A stretch of 63,730 nucleotides of DNA, filler included, from Collodictyon triciliatum (GCA_043381765.1; 17 parts of 17 records of this genome joined end to end with filler, not necessarily neighbours in it), one strand, 5' to 3'; shown: positions 43,794 to 55,437, counted from the whole stretch's first letter. Numbers and translations: made by a program. The notes: generated by a model from the letters alone, not told the origin.

Positions 43794-44455
43794 GTTCTTT
43801 TGCGTTGTTCTCAATGTCTGGTGGGTTTCGGTTGGTGATGTGGGCCCTAATCTCTTTTGCATGTTAGTTGGCCGACACATTATTTTTCTTTTTCTTTTCT
43901 CACGATAAGCAGCATAAAGCATTTGAAATAAATTTTGTTGATGATTCTTCTGGATGAGATTTAAATGGCAAATAAAAGAAGAAGATAAAACAACTGTCAT
44001 ATGAAATAGGTACTAACATCATTAATTTTTCTCTCTATTGCAAAGTTTGTGTCGCCCATGCAGGATGCAGAAAGCGCAACGTCTTAAACAAAGCGACTCG
44101 GGCTTGGAACTTTCTTACCGGGCATCGCACTGTCTCTGATGCAATCGCCGCAGAATTAGAAGTATTTTTCTTTCTTTCTTTTTTTTTTTTTTTTGTAATA
44201 AGAATATCTCAACATTTATAATATTTACTCATATTTTAATACTTGGTTAGTTTTTTTTTTCTCGTTTGCTCATCAGAGCGGGATATAAATGCAGTTTGAT
44301 GGCGCAATTTTCATTTTAAAGAAGCTCCACTTTATCCTTTCTTCTCCCACAACCAGGGCGAAGGCCAAGCTCGATATGGTGCGTCATCAGCATCAAACAG
44401 CCGCTATCACCAAGCCGCAGCCGAAATCCAGCGTAGATATCTCAAATCCGCATAA
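43794..44455 (+). CDS. PRA1-family (PRAF2/ARL6IP5-like) protein, 3' exons
   Basis: LVMWALISFAFCVAHAGCRKRNVLNK...T resembles the PRA1 HAxxRxRNxxNK motif. Probable last exon ends at TAA 44453-44455. Confidence 0.55.
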
Positions 44456-44922
44456 AGTTTATTCATTTTCTTGGAGAGAATGAAGGCTTTTTTTTTTTTT
44501 TTACTTTTGCTGCTCACTACTGCCAGTTGTTTTGTTTTCTTTCTTACTCATCCTTTCTTTTTCTCCCTGGATGATGATACACAAACGTGCATGGTGAAGC
44601 AGCCGAGACGAACGAAAAAAAACTGACACATAAAATAACCAATAAATAAAAGGAAGGAAGAGATATGCTCATATTAGCATATTGATTCTAAGTTTGATAA
44701 AAAAAAAATTATCTTCATATGCTTTATGAGTTTTACAGTAGAAATCTGAGATTTTTTTTAATAATCAGCTGAAATCGAGGGGAAATAAACAGAATCTGGA
44801 AGGTCGAGTGCAAAGAGCGATTGCTCGTGTTTTATTTGATTTGGTTTGGTTTTTTTTTTTTAAATGCAAAACTTGAGTATGGATTTCGAGGGAGAGCAAA
44901 AGACCGAAAAGAGGAAACGAAT

Positions 44923-46740
44923 TTATTTCTGCTGTTTTGTTGTCTTCTTGGTCTTTGGTGAAAAGAAATCAGCAACTTGTTTGGCGATGGGATCGTTCTG
45001 ATAAATAAATAAGAATAAAAAAAAGTGAGTTTCACACATACATTTATTTAGAATTCGATGGACAGTGACGCAAAAAGTGCATGAGAAAGAGCAAAAATCC
45101 ACAACTAATTTTTTTTTGGAACAAAAACATATAAATCCATTTGATTGTTTATTGCATGATGTGTTTATTTCTTAGCTCATCGAATTACTTACCTGGAAAA
45201 ACATGCTGAGACCAACCAGATACACAACAACAAATACCGCAAGAACAAGGTCGAATGACAGAGGCTTCACGCTGTTCGATACAGAATGAGTGACATGAGA
45301 AAGGCAAGTTCGGGGGCAAAAGAAGTCACAAAAGAATGATTTTGAAAGTGAAAGCAAAAAACAAAAAAAAAACAAGGCAATAATCAATCAACACTGCGTA
45401 CCGGAAAATCGTAACGGTAGACTTTGAGGGCCCATAGAAGACAAGTTCGTTGTCATAGCGAAGAGGAATACGCGTAACTTCATCTGTAAAGTCAGACATA
45501 ACCTTTTCTAAGCCTTCGATAAAGTCGCTCTTCTTCGGAATGTATTGCATCACACGGGGAGTGCGAGCAAAGACATCCATCCAAGAGGAGATGAAATCTT
45601 CGTTCACACGGGATGCACCAGCGAGAATCTAGACCGAAAAGTGATAGAGTTTGATATTTATACATTACACAAGACAACCTTGCGTATATAATATATTTGA
45701 GAGAGCAAAGCACCTCAGAGGAAGGGGCTGGGACGGAATATATGAAGTGGGCTATGCTTTCACCAACAAATTTGATATTGCGAGCGAGAATCTTGGTATC
45801 AATTCTGTTCCTAGAAATGTAACACATGAAAAAGTAATCGTCATCAGTATGTATAAATCCAAAGAATGTCTTGAAATTAGAAAGAAAGAAAAAAAGAAGG
45901 GATTATTCCTGCTTAAATGATGAGCAACTCACAAGGTATCAAAGACATTGCTTCTCTGAAGAAATTCGGGGGCTGTATCGCGGGATGAAAGGGTGGCGGA
46001 GACAAGACGCTTGCGGGAGAACTGCTCGTGTTCCCAAGCAACGTTGGGGTCACTGACATTAATCTTCTTGTGCACGATATTGAATGGAATATTCATGAAG
46101 CTTGCCGTAGCAACGAAGGACTGAATAAATCGTGGATTAGTTATCGGTGCCACACCGAGGGAAACGATTCGGAATAGATTAGATGTTCTCCAAGAAATAG
46201 AAAGAATCTGCTCGAGAGGTGGGCTACCTCGTATAAGGCCTCAGCGTTGGTGTCTGATGGTTTCTTTGAGACATGCAGATAGAGTTCATCCTTCGGGGTG
46301 GCGATGGTGTCCAAAGACAAAACAAAGTCGATGGACTCGAGAAGGCGGTGGTCAGCAACTTGCAGCCAATTGCGGGCGCTGACAAAATTGAATGAGCCTC
46401 CGGTAGTCAAAAGAAAGAGGATGTTATACCTGTAGCAGAACGTTAAATTATTGTATATTTTTGTATATCAGCTAATCGTAGTATAGCATATGAGCAGACA
46501 AATCCAGTTTATAAAGAATAGATCGTTACTTTTGGAAACCTTTTAATATTTACATATGTTAATTAAAATGTATGTGTCTTTGGATTTATGGGGTTCAGGT
46601 CTACATGTATGTCGGGCAAATGTTAGAAACTCATACTTGCTTGGAACTTGGGAGGCGCGATAAAGGGACTGAAAGATTCGAGCCAATTCCAAAATAGCAA
46701 CAGCACCACTTCCATTGCTATCCACACCAAAGGCGAGCTC
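44923..46740 (-). CDS. NCLN: Nicalin (NOMO/TMEM147 complex), 3' part, multi-exon
   Basis: GVDSNGSGAVAILELARIF, YNILFLLTTGGSFNF, LYLHVSK, VHKKINVS...WEHEQFS, VKPLSFDL followed by a TM helix. Confidence 0.93.
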
Positions 46741-46854
46741 CTATTGATAAGGGGAAAGAAGAAGTTACAATCATGAAGGAAAAAGTGTATGCACACATAA
46801 ATCTTGAACTCGTATCACATCTCCTTATAGAATTCACGAATCAGCCTGTGTGAA

Positions 46855-47080
46855 TAAAATGAAATAAAATAAAATGAAATAAAATAAAATAAATAAGATA
46901 GAATAAAATAAAATAGAATAAAATAAAATAGAATAAAATAAAATAGAATAAAATAAAATAAAATAGAATAAAATAGAATAAAATAAAATAGAATAAAATA
47001 GAATAAAATAGAATAAAATAGAATAAAATAGAATAAAATAGAATAAAATAGAATAAAATAGAATAAAATAGAATAAAATA
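46855..47080. repeat. (AATAAAATAG)n-type repeat at contig end
   Basis: Tandem penta/decamers. Confidence 0.9.
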
Positions 47081-47180
47081 NNNNNNNNNNNNNNNNNNNN
47101 NNNNNNNNNNNNNNNNNNNNNNNNTTAATTAATTAANNNNNNNNNNNNNNNNNNNNNNNNNNNNNNNNNNNNNNNNNNNN

Positions 47181-47287
47181 GAGGATGGGATGATGGGATG
47201 ATGGGATGATGGGATGATGGGATGATGGGATGATGGGATGATGGGATGATGGGATGATGGGATGATGGGATGATGGGATGATGGGAT
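47181..47287. repeat. (GGGATGAT)n octamer array in a PCNA intron
   Basis: Tandem units at contig start, next to the GT donor of PCNA exon 3. Confidence 0.95.
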
Positions 47288-47291
47288 ATAC

Positions 47292-48233
47292 CAGCGTCTC
47301 CAATTGTAGAGAGGTCACGGCAAATACGTTGGAATTCACCTGCAGGAAGACGTACAACCGACTATTGCCGGAATATGAATGGTTCGAGTGAATGTTCCAT
47401 TTGCGAGAGCAATAGCCGTTCGTCCGCGTTTCGACTCAGTTAAGAACACAGAGGGAGGAGATGTGCGTGCAAGCAGATTTATACGCAGACGCGGTGTTAT
47501 GGCCAAAGTCATGTGAATTGAAGAGTGAAAAATCTAGTGTAATCTAACCTTGTACTCCGTCTCTGGGATTCCAAGGTGCTCACTGTCGATGTCCATGAGC
47601 TTCACCTCAAAGTCTGAGGTGCGGTCACCGGCTACAGGACAAACGCACATGTATAAATATTTTTTAATATCTTCCCCAATAGCCCTCAAGGATACTGAAC
47701 CCAAGTATAAATGAAAAGCTGGCGATTTCAGAGAATATCAAGCGGTCGATGTGCAGAAGATGGATTCAGAAAGTCGAGACAGAGTAATGGGTATTGAAGG
47801 TTAGTTGTAGCATGTGACGCACAGGGATATGAGAAAATAAATAAATAAAAATAAAAAACAGATAAGGGGGCATGAAGAGCCTAGGGGTCAAGTGACCAAG
47901 AGCAGGCGGCTTACACTTGGTCTCAAAGACGAAGGTGACCGTGTCGCCCTGTTCGTCGGCACGGAGGGTGATTGTGTCGTCGTTTCCTGCGCACTTGAGA
48001 ACCTTGCTGACGGTGTTGAGATTGAGGCCGAGAGCCACAGGGCGGTCGCAACGGAAGTGATCGAAGCCCTCGCTGCGCAGGGACAGGGCAACCAGCGAGA
48101 CGTGGGACGAGTCCATGGCCTGCAGCGTTATCCCTGTGGCCTTGCACTCAAAGTTTGCGTCGTTGACGAGCTCCTTGATGGAGTCCAGGATCTTCTTGAA
48201 AAGGTTGCCTTGGACAAGTCGTGCTTCCAGCAT
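47292..48233 (-). CDS. PCNA: PCNA sliding clamp, first three exons
   Basis: [76 protein letters not shown]. Confidence 0.97.
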
Positions 48234-48972
48234 GGCGCGGGTAGGTTCGAGGATGGGGGGGGGGGGGGGGGGCTTGACTAGAGTTGAGGATTCTAGTGTG
48301 CAATAAGTTCTTTAGATACAGGGGTGCGTAATTAATAGGTGTGTGTGTACAACTCAACAACGCGGAGCATGCCTACCGAGAAGTGCTTGTGATATAGGTT
48401 GATGAAGCACAAAGCCAAAATAAATAGTGCGAGTGGGAAGAAGCTTCAGAGCAACAGTGTGCTATTTTTTGAATGTTTGAATGTTTGAATTTATTCTATA
48501 TCTGGATTTTATTTTATTTTATGTTTTCTATGGTAAAAATATTGATTATACTCTATAGTAATCTCTAAGTCATTTCACATTATGAAATAACGTATAATTT
48601 CAGAGAATTATACTTGAGAAATTTAATTACCATTGATGAACATACAAGGCAACACTTTATGACTATACCTGACGCATTGGTTCGTTTTGGCGGTGAATTC
48701 AGCCACAACGACAATCTCCTTAACTGGAAATTCAATTCGGGCGTGATTTTTTTGAAAAAAGCCACAAGTTCACCGAAGCCTCGATTGTGCAAATAACACG
48801 CCACATGTGGAATACGCGAGAGACTGAATCTGATTGGGTGCTATTAATATCCATTTACGACTCATTGGAATCCAGAGGAACGACAACAACAATAACAATA
48901 ACGACAACAAAACTCAACTCTAAGTCATTTGTTCCGCACCACATTTCCAGCCCCAATTTCATTATTACAACA

Positions 48973-49009
<37 letters not shown>

Positions 49010-49326
49010 AATTTCTATATTCCAACTGATATTTTCCTTTTACAAATATTTTCTTTTACACAACAGAGCCTTCTTGCCGATCAGCCACTCACCCGAGCAG
49101 CCTTTTAAGCAGACAGGGCACAGAGAGCGGCAACAACGCTATTCCCACCCAGGCCAGACAAAGCACTGAAAAGACCACCGCACACACAACGAATCAATCA
49201 GACCGAGACGCGATCAGAGCCACCCCTGTGGAAACGAGCGCCCTCCCCCATCAACACCTTCACCTTCACCTCCACCTCCACACGCCCATCCAGAGCAGAG
49301 CAGAGCAGCGCCTGCCCCTCCCAGCC

Positions 49327-50091
49327 ATGGCACACCGACACCGACACCGACACCGAGACCGACACCCGCGGGTCGCCCTCGCAAGCACCACCGCAGCCGT
49401 CACGCTGCTCCTGGCCGTCGCGGCCGCCCTGGCCTCCTCGCCCCAGCAGGCGGCGCCGTGGACGGGGCAGACGGTCCGGACGGGGGGCGACCGAGCGGGG
49501 CTGTCCTCGGCCGTGCGCGTGCAGCACACCCGCGCGACGCTCTTTGCGGTGGGCCTGCCCAACCTGCCCGCCCCCGCCCCCGCCCCCGCCCCCGCCTCCG
49601 CCCCGCTCGAGCGCCGCCTCAACGTCACGCTCTCGCTCCGCGCCGTGTTCCTGGCCGACGGCTGCGCCTCCCTCCGCATCGACGTCCCGCGCGCCCCTCC
49701 CGTCTCCGCCGTCTCGCTCTGCGGCCACCCCGCCGCCCCCGCCGCCGCCCCCCTCCGCTGGACGTTCGATCCGCTGCTGCCCTCCGCACTCACCGCGTCC
49801 GACGCGCTCACTGTCACTCTCCTCTCCGACACCGCCGACCTCGTCCTCCTGCCCGCGGCCTCCTTCGTCCTTGTCTCCCTCGCCGGTCTGCCCTTCTCTT
49901 CGCCGCTTTCTCCAGGCGTGTTGACATTCCCGCCCCAACCCACATCTTCACACGGCTCATATCCATCCCTTATAGACACGCAGCCCGATCTCCCTGAAGT
50001 GCTCCCCGTCCCCGTGGCCAAGGCCGATGCCCGACGTGTCCCTGGAGAGACTCCGTCCAACTCCCTGTCTGAGTCCAACCAAATCCCGACT

Positions 50092-50127
<36 letters not shown>

Positions 50128-50672
50128 CAGTCAATCACGAAGTCTCAGTCCCAGTCGCGCTCCTTCTCAGAGTCCAACCAAACGCCCTCTCAGTCTCAGT
50201 CACAGTCTCATTCCCAATCATTATCGCAATCTCAATCCCAGTCCCAATCCCAATCCCAATCCCAATCCCAATCCCAATCCCAATCTCAATCCCAGTCCCA
50301 ATCTCAATCTCAATCCCAGTCCCAATCTCAATCCCAGTCCCAATCTCCATCGCAATCGCAATCCCACTCCCAATCACAATCCCACTCCCAATCGCAATCC
50401 CAGTCCCAATCCCAGTCCCAATCTTCCATTCCAGAGCCCATCATCACATCGGTGTCCACGAACACCGGCCCTGCTGTTGGTGGAACCCCCTTCACTATTT
50501 ATGGCTCCGGATTTCTATCGTTTTTATCTTCTCCCCAAGTATTTATCGGCGAATTCGAGGCTATCGTTGGGTTCCACACTGGTACGTTGATATCTTGCAT
50601 CTCTCCTCCCGGTATAGGTCGAGACCTTCCCATCAAAGTCATAAGCGGGAGCTATGTTCTCGAGGCTACTTC
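49327..50672 (+). CDS. Secreted/surface protein: signal-like helix, unknown domain, long (SQ)n linker, IPT/TIG domain (3' truncated)
   Basis: AAVTLLLAVAAALASS signal-like segment; ~110-aa Ser-Gln repeat region; PIITSVSTNTGPAVGGTPFTIYGSGF..VFIG..ISCISPPGIG is IPT/TIG. Confidence 0.8.
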
Positions 50673-50772
50673 NNNNNNNNNNNNNNNNNNNNNNNNNNNN
50701 NNNNNNNNNNNNNNNNTTAATTAATTAANNNNNNNNNNNNNNNNNNNNNNNNNNNNNNNNNNNNNNNNNNNN

Positions 50773-50870
50773 ACTCTTTTCTACTCTTTTCTACTCTTTT
50801 CTACTCTTTTCTACTCTTTTCTACTCTTTTCTACTCTTTTCTACTCTTTTCTACTCTTTTCTACTCTTTT
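50773..50870. repeat. (CTACTCTTTT)n decamer repeat at contig start
   Basis: Tandem units. Confidence 0.95.
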
Positions 50871-50898
50871 CTGCTCTGCTGTGTGTATTGCGCAATCA

Positions 50899-51095
50899 TA
50901 TGGGGACAATTTGGGAAGAGATCGAAGCCTTTGCAAAAGAGTTTTATGGGCCCGCTGAAAGCCACAGTAAGCCAGCCACTTTGGTCGCTCTCCTGACCAA
51001 CTCATATTCGCTGGCTTAACCCCTCTAGCGGCCTAGCCTTATCGCGGGTAGGGCGAATTAGAAAAAGGAAAAACATTTTGTGTTCCCCATAAACC
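50899..51095 (-). ncRNA. Candidate Fanzor omegaRNA scaffold (multi-stem structured RNA)
   Basis: Nested inverted repeats 50943-50950/51086-51093, 50952-50961/51022-51031, 50968-50976/51010-51018, 50981-50986/50995-51000 and 51032-51038/51047-51052. Lies 3' of the Fanzor ORF on the same strand. Confidence 0.55.
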
Positions 51096-51269
51096 CTATT
51101 TTCTTTTCATGTGGATGTGTCTTAATATTTTCATCTTAGTCGCAACTGTTGGTAATAAAATAAACGAAAGGAGGAAAAGTGTAAATATATGCAACAAGCT
51201 TTAGCCTCTTTCCTTTCCTTTTTTTTTTTCAAAGTGCGGAATATTTCGTTGAGGCTTTATATAACATTA

Positions 51270-53293
51270 CTAGAAGGGATATAACATCTTTCGATTGGTA
51301 AACCTGGTGCCGAGTATCCAAGCTCTCAATCCACTTTTTTTACAAAGATTGTGTAGTGGAAGGTTGCATGGAAAGGCCCGACAGCCTGTTTTTTTAGGGG
51401 AAGGTGTGGGCATATTTTGAAGGATGAAAAGAACTTTGCTGAGTATATTATTAGTGCTGTTAAAGTCCCTTGTCAAGAATACAGTTTGTTCGCTTTCTGA
51501 GCGATTGCATTTTTTACATATGAGACATCTATACACCGTTTTTTTTGTATTTCCTTTCAGTTTCATATATTCCAGTTCTTTTTCGCAGTTGCAACACATC
51601 TTGGAGGTTCTAAATTCATCTACACTAACTGCTTCAAAACGTTTGGATAGTATTTTTCGTAATCATCTTCCTATTGTTGCCATAAAATGTTTCATCGGAC
51701 ATTTTCTGCTCCAGTCTCCATACGTCAGTGCAACATCCTTGCCAAATGTCTTTTCGATTCGGTCCATAAACAACGGTTCATTTCTTTTTATATTAACATA
51801 ATGTCTCCAATTCATCTTTCGAAAAGTTACTTGTTCATAAAATCTAGAAAATTCTATCTGGTATCTTGATTTCATAGATATATATATTCGATTTTTTTTT
51901 CATAATTGACCATGCATGAATTATGTTTACTCAGTTCTGTCTCTAATTCGATTAAAGATACTCTTGATGTCTCAAACTGCTAATTCTCTTCAAAAGTCCT
52001 GAGACCAAAAGAAACAACACTTTGTAAATCTGTTGTCATGCATATCCCTGAAGTATTGTACTTTTTCTTTTCTTGCGTAAGAGTATTTTGTGATTTTTAA
52101 GAGATTTACTATCATGTCTTCATTAGTGTGCCGTGTAACGTAATTTCTTGCCTATCTCATCCGCCATGTAAACCAAATTAAACTTGCCTGCGTCCACTCC
52201 AACTTTTTTTTTTTTCGCTAATTGAGATAACTGCCCTTCGGAAAGTTCATCTATATAAATGTATTCTCGGGGGTTTTTTTTTTATCATATTGAATTTTGA
52301 ATTTTAAATCCCTTTCTTTCGAACAATAATGACACCGCCAAGCCGTCTGTTTGTATCATGTATTTAAAATTGTAGTCTGTACGATTAAAATACCACTTTA
52401 CTTCATTTCAAAGAACTCATCCCATAGGGTCTCTTTGCATCCTGATATATTCTTCATTTATGATGTTTTTCCAGTTGATACTATTATATATCAAACATGC
52501 ATTATCTAGACTAATATGACATGGTGTATTGTTAGTTCTTATAGGGATTGGTTGAAACAGTTTGGTTCCAATGTCCTCAAAAATACGATTCATGTAAATC
52601 AGACATGGAATGTACTTATTTGGATTGACTTTGACGTCATATTCGATACCTTTTACAATATCGCTGGGAATGATATGATGCAAATGGAGTAGAGCCCATT
52701 CTTTATATTGTTCCGGTATTTCGAGTTTCTTGAAGATGGCTTTTTTTATTAAAAAAAAAAAACTTTGCCTTTTTAATAGCTCCCGTAATATCCTCATTTT
52801 TAGGAACTGTTTGATTTATAAAGCGCAGTGGCCTCTTTACAAAATGCTCCTTGATGTTATTATGATTAGCTGTTAACATTTGCTTCTCCAAGTACGGTAA
52901 TAGTGAGACAGTCCAACCAACGGAAAGCGGTCTTCTTGGGACAAAAGGAATCGAAAATCATTGAGATAAGAAGTCATCAAGTCTTTACTCATTTTTGGGT
53001 TTTTTTTAATCTTGCGTGTCTATCTTGTGAAGCTACTCCTTATGTCTTTAAAGCGTACAAAAAAAAAAAAAAACCATTTCATCGATTGTTAGGAGTTGTT
53101 GTGATTTCAATACGTAACATCTGGCAAACATTTAAGTGTCGGTAACCAAATTATGACACAATAAAACCGTATTGTTGATTTTGTATTTGTCACCCTCATT
53201 CTTTACAATCAAATTTAGAGATGTTTTCACATATCGATGGCCTAGCTTTACAGACTTAAGATTATCAGACTCGAGTCATTTTCTCTTCTTCAT
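51270..53293 (-). pseudogene. Fanzor1 (eukaryotic TnpB-like RuvC nuclease), decayed by stops and frameshifts
   Basis: YVKTSLNLIV; NNIKEHF..LRFIN; YDVKVNP..YMN..KLFQPIPIR; IQTDG; RuvC-I VGVDAGK (D 52192-52194); YGDWS; RuvC-II VDEFRTSKMCCNC (E 51615-51617); CKKC; RuvC-III TRDFNSTNNIL (D 51465-51467). Confidence 0.9.
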
Positions 53294-54166
53294 CTGAAAT
53301 TCTTTGTTTTACTTTTTTCTTTAGAAAACTACCGATTTTTCAATTTTAATAAAACTATAGCCAATCTGTCAATTTTATATAAAAATAAACTGCACAAAAT
53401 CAATTTAGGTAAAATTAAGCATCCACCGAGACCCTCAAAATGTGCGCTTTGTGGCAAACAGACTCGCCAAGTTTTTTTTTTTTTTAAAGTGATTTGAGAC
53501 AAAACGCTGAGAGCCGATTCGGCGAGTTTGAAAGGGCGGCCGCATAGCCATTGCGACTGAAAGTCAACATATTGGTCCCAAACAACATGATTACCGCCGC
53601 AAGTGTGGATAGTATGCTTTTTTGAAATGCATGTTTGGTGGCAGGTTTATAGGATGGGTTCTATCTGGATCAAGGCAAGGGCTTGTTTGTAATTTTTGAA
53701 TTTTTGTATTAATATTACATAAATGAACAATAAAATATAAATTGGTTACCTAAATAGAATGAGATTATTAAGTATTTTTAACCTTATATATACTAATTCT
53801 ACTATTATATTATTCAGGTTGTTTCTTGGATTCATCAAAGTTCATGCTTTTGTCAATTCAGATTTAATTCGATGGTTGTCATCGCATTAAACCGCTATCT
53901 ATCTGTGTACACTGTCGTTGTATAAAAAGTGGTGTGCCTTGAAAGGGATAAAACCGAGTTTGTCACAGCCTTTGTAATGAACTTTATCCATTTACAGGCT
54001 AAATGAGACCAAAGAAAAGAAAAAGGAAAAAGAAAGAAAGAAAGAAAAGGGGAAAATGGAAAAGATGAATGAATCAGAGCAACTAATAATGAGCATTATA
54101 TTCATAATTATATTGCTGCCTGTGAGTCGATGGCTTGAGCTCGATTGGTCTTTATTTATTCTCCTT

Positions 54167-54260
<94 letters not shown>

Positions 54261-54415
54261 TTNNNNNNNNNNNNNNNNNNNNNNNNNNNNNNNNNNNNNN
54301 NNNNNNTTAATTAATTAANNNNNNNNNNNNNNNNNNNNNNNNNNNNNNNNNNNNNNNNNNNNAGATATATGCTGTTCATTTGTTCCCTGAGTATATTACT
54401 TAATCTTAACAATTG

Positions 54416-54526
<111 letters not shown>

Positions 54527-54574
54527 TTGAAAAATTGTTATCTGTCTATGATACTGGTGCGTGGCCGTAATTAC

Positions 54575-54674
54575 CTCTGATCTGTCGGTCAAGTTGGCGC
54601 TCCTGTGCTCGTAACTCCTGTTTCCATTTCTTCGCCATTTCCTCGGGTGTTAATTGTCGGCCAAAGAGTCCCAT
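54575..54674 (-). CDS. CHMP3: CHMP3/VPS24 (ESCRT-III) first exon
   Basis: MGLFGRQLTPEEMAKKWKQELRAQERQLDRQIR followed by a GTAATT donor; matches the Vps24 N-terminus. Not in the ORF track. Confidence 0.85.
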
Positions 54675-54804
54675 TCCTTTGTTTATTTGTTGCTCGTGTT
54701 ACTTTTTTTATGTTTGGATGTTGCCTTGCTGTAGTTCCAGGAGCAAAGTTCTAATAAAAAGAAAGAAAGAAAGAAAGAAAGGCTGAATGTTTGATCAACA
54801 ACAA

Positions 54805-55437
54805 NNNNNNNNNNNNNNNNNNNNNNNNNNNNNNNNNNNNNNNNNNNNNNNNNNNNNNNNNNNNNNNNNNNNNNNNNNNNNNNNNNNNNNNNNNNNNNNN
54901 NNNNNNNNNNNNNNNNNNNNNNNNNNNNNNNNNNNNNNNNNNNNNNNNNNNNNNNNNNNNNNNNNNNNNNNNNNNNNNNNNNNNNNNNNNNNNNNNNNNN
55001 NNNNNNNNNNNNNNNNNNNNNNNNNNNNNNNNNNNNNNNNNNNNNNNNNNNNNNNNNNNNNNNNNNNNNNNNNNNNNNNNNNNNNNNNNNNNNNNNNNNN
55101 NNNNNNNNNNNNNNNNNNNNNNNNNNNNNNNNNNNNNNNNNNNNNNNNNNNNNNNNNNNNNNNNNNNNNNNNNNNNNNNNNNNNNNNNNNNNNNNNNNNN
55201 NNNNNNNNNNNNNNNNNNNNNNNNNNNNNNNNNNNNNNNNNNNNNNNNNNNNNNNNNNNNNNNNNNNNNNNNNNNNNNNNNNNNNNNNNNNNNNNNNNNN
55301 NNNNNNNNNNNNNNNNNNNNNNNNNNNNNNNNNNNNNNNNNNNNNNNNNNNNNNNNNNNNNNNNNNNNNNNNNNNNNNNNNNNNNNNNNNNNNNNNNNNN
55401 NNNNNNNNNNNNNNNNNNNNNNNNNNNNNNNNNNNNN
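54805..55437. other. Intra-scaffold assembly gap
   Basis: N-run without the TTAATTAATTAA linker. Confidence 0.95.

Larger units (their letters stand above)
50899..53570 (-). mobile_element. Fanzor-carrying element with no transposase visible (boundaries approximate)
   Basis: Fanzor pseudogene flanked by GC-richer structured segments at 50899-51095 and 53455-53565 (inverted repeat CAGACTCGCC/GGCGAGTTTG). Confidence 0.5.

Noticed and set aside
47892-50078. Overlapping alternative-frame ORFs over PCNA and the GC-rich surface-protein gene
   Set aside because: Expected stop-codon scarcity in GC-rich coding DNA; no independent motifs.
50981-51000. SRP RNA helix-8-like motif (GGUCAGGAGAGCGACC on the minus strand)
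   Set aside because: It lacks the inner stem with GNRA tetraloop, and no Alu domain is visible.
47292-53293. Functional clustering of PCNA with the Fanzor (or of any genes across linkers)
   Set aside because: They lie on different contigs that appear ordered only by size.
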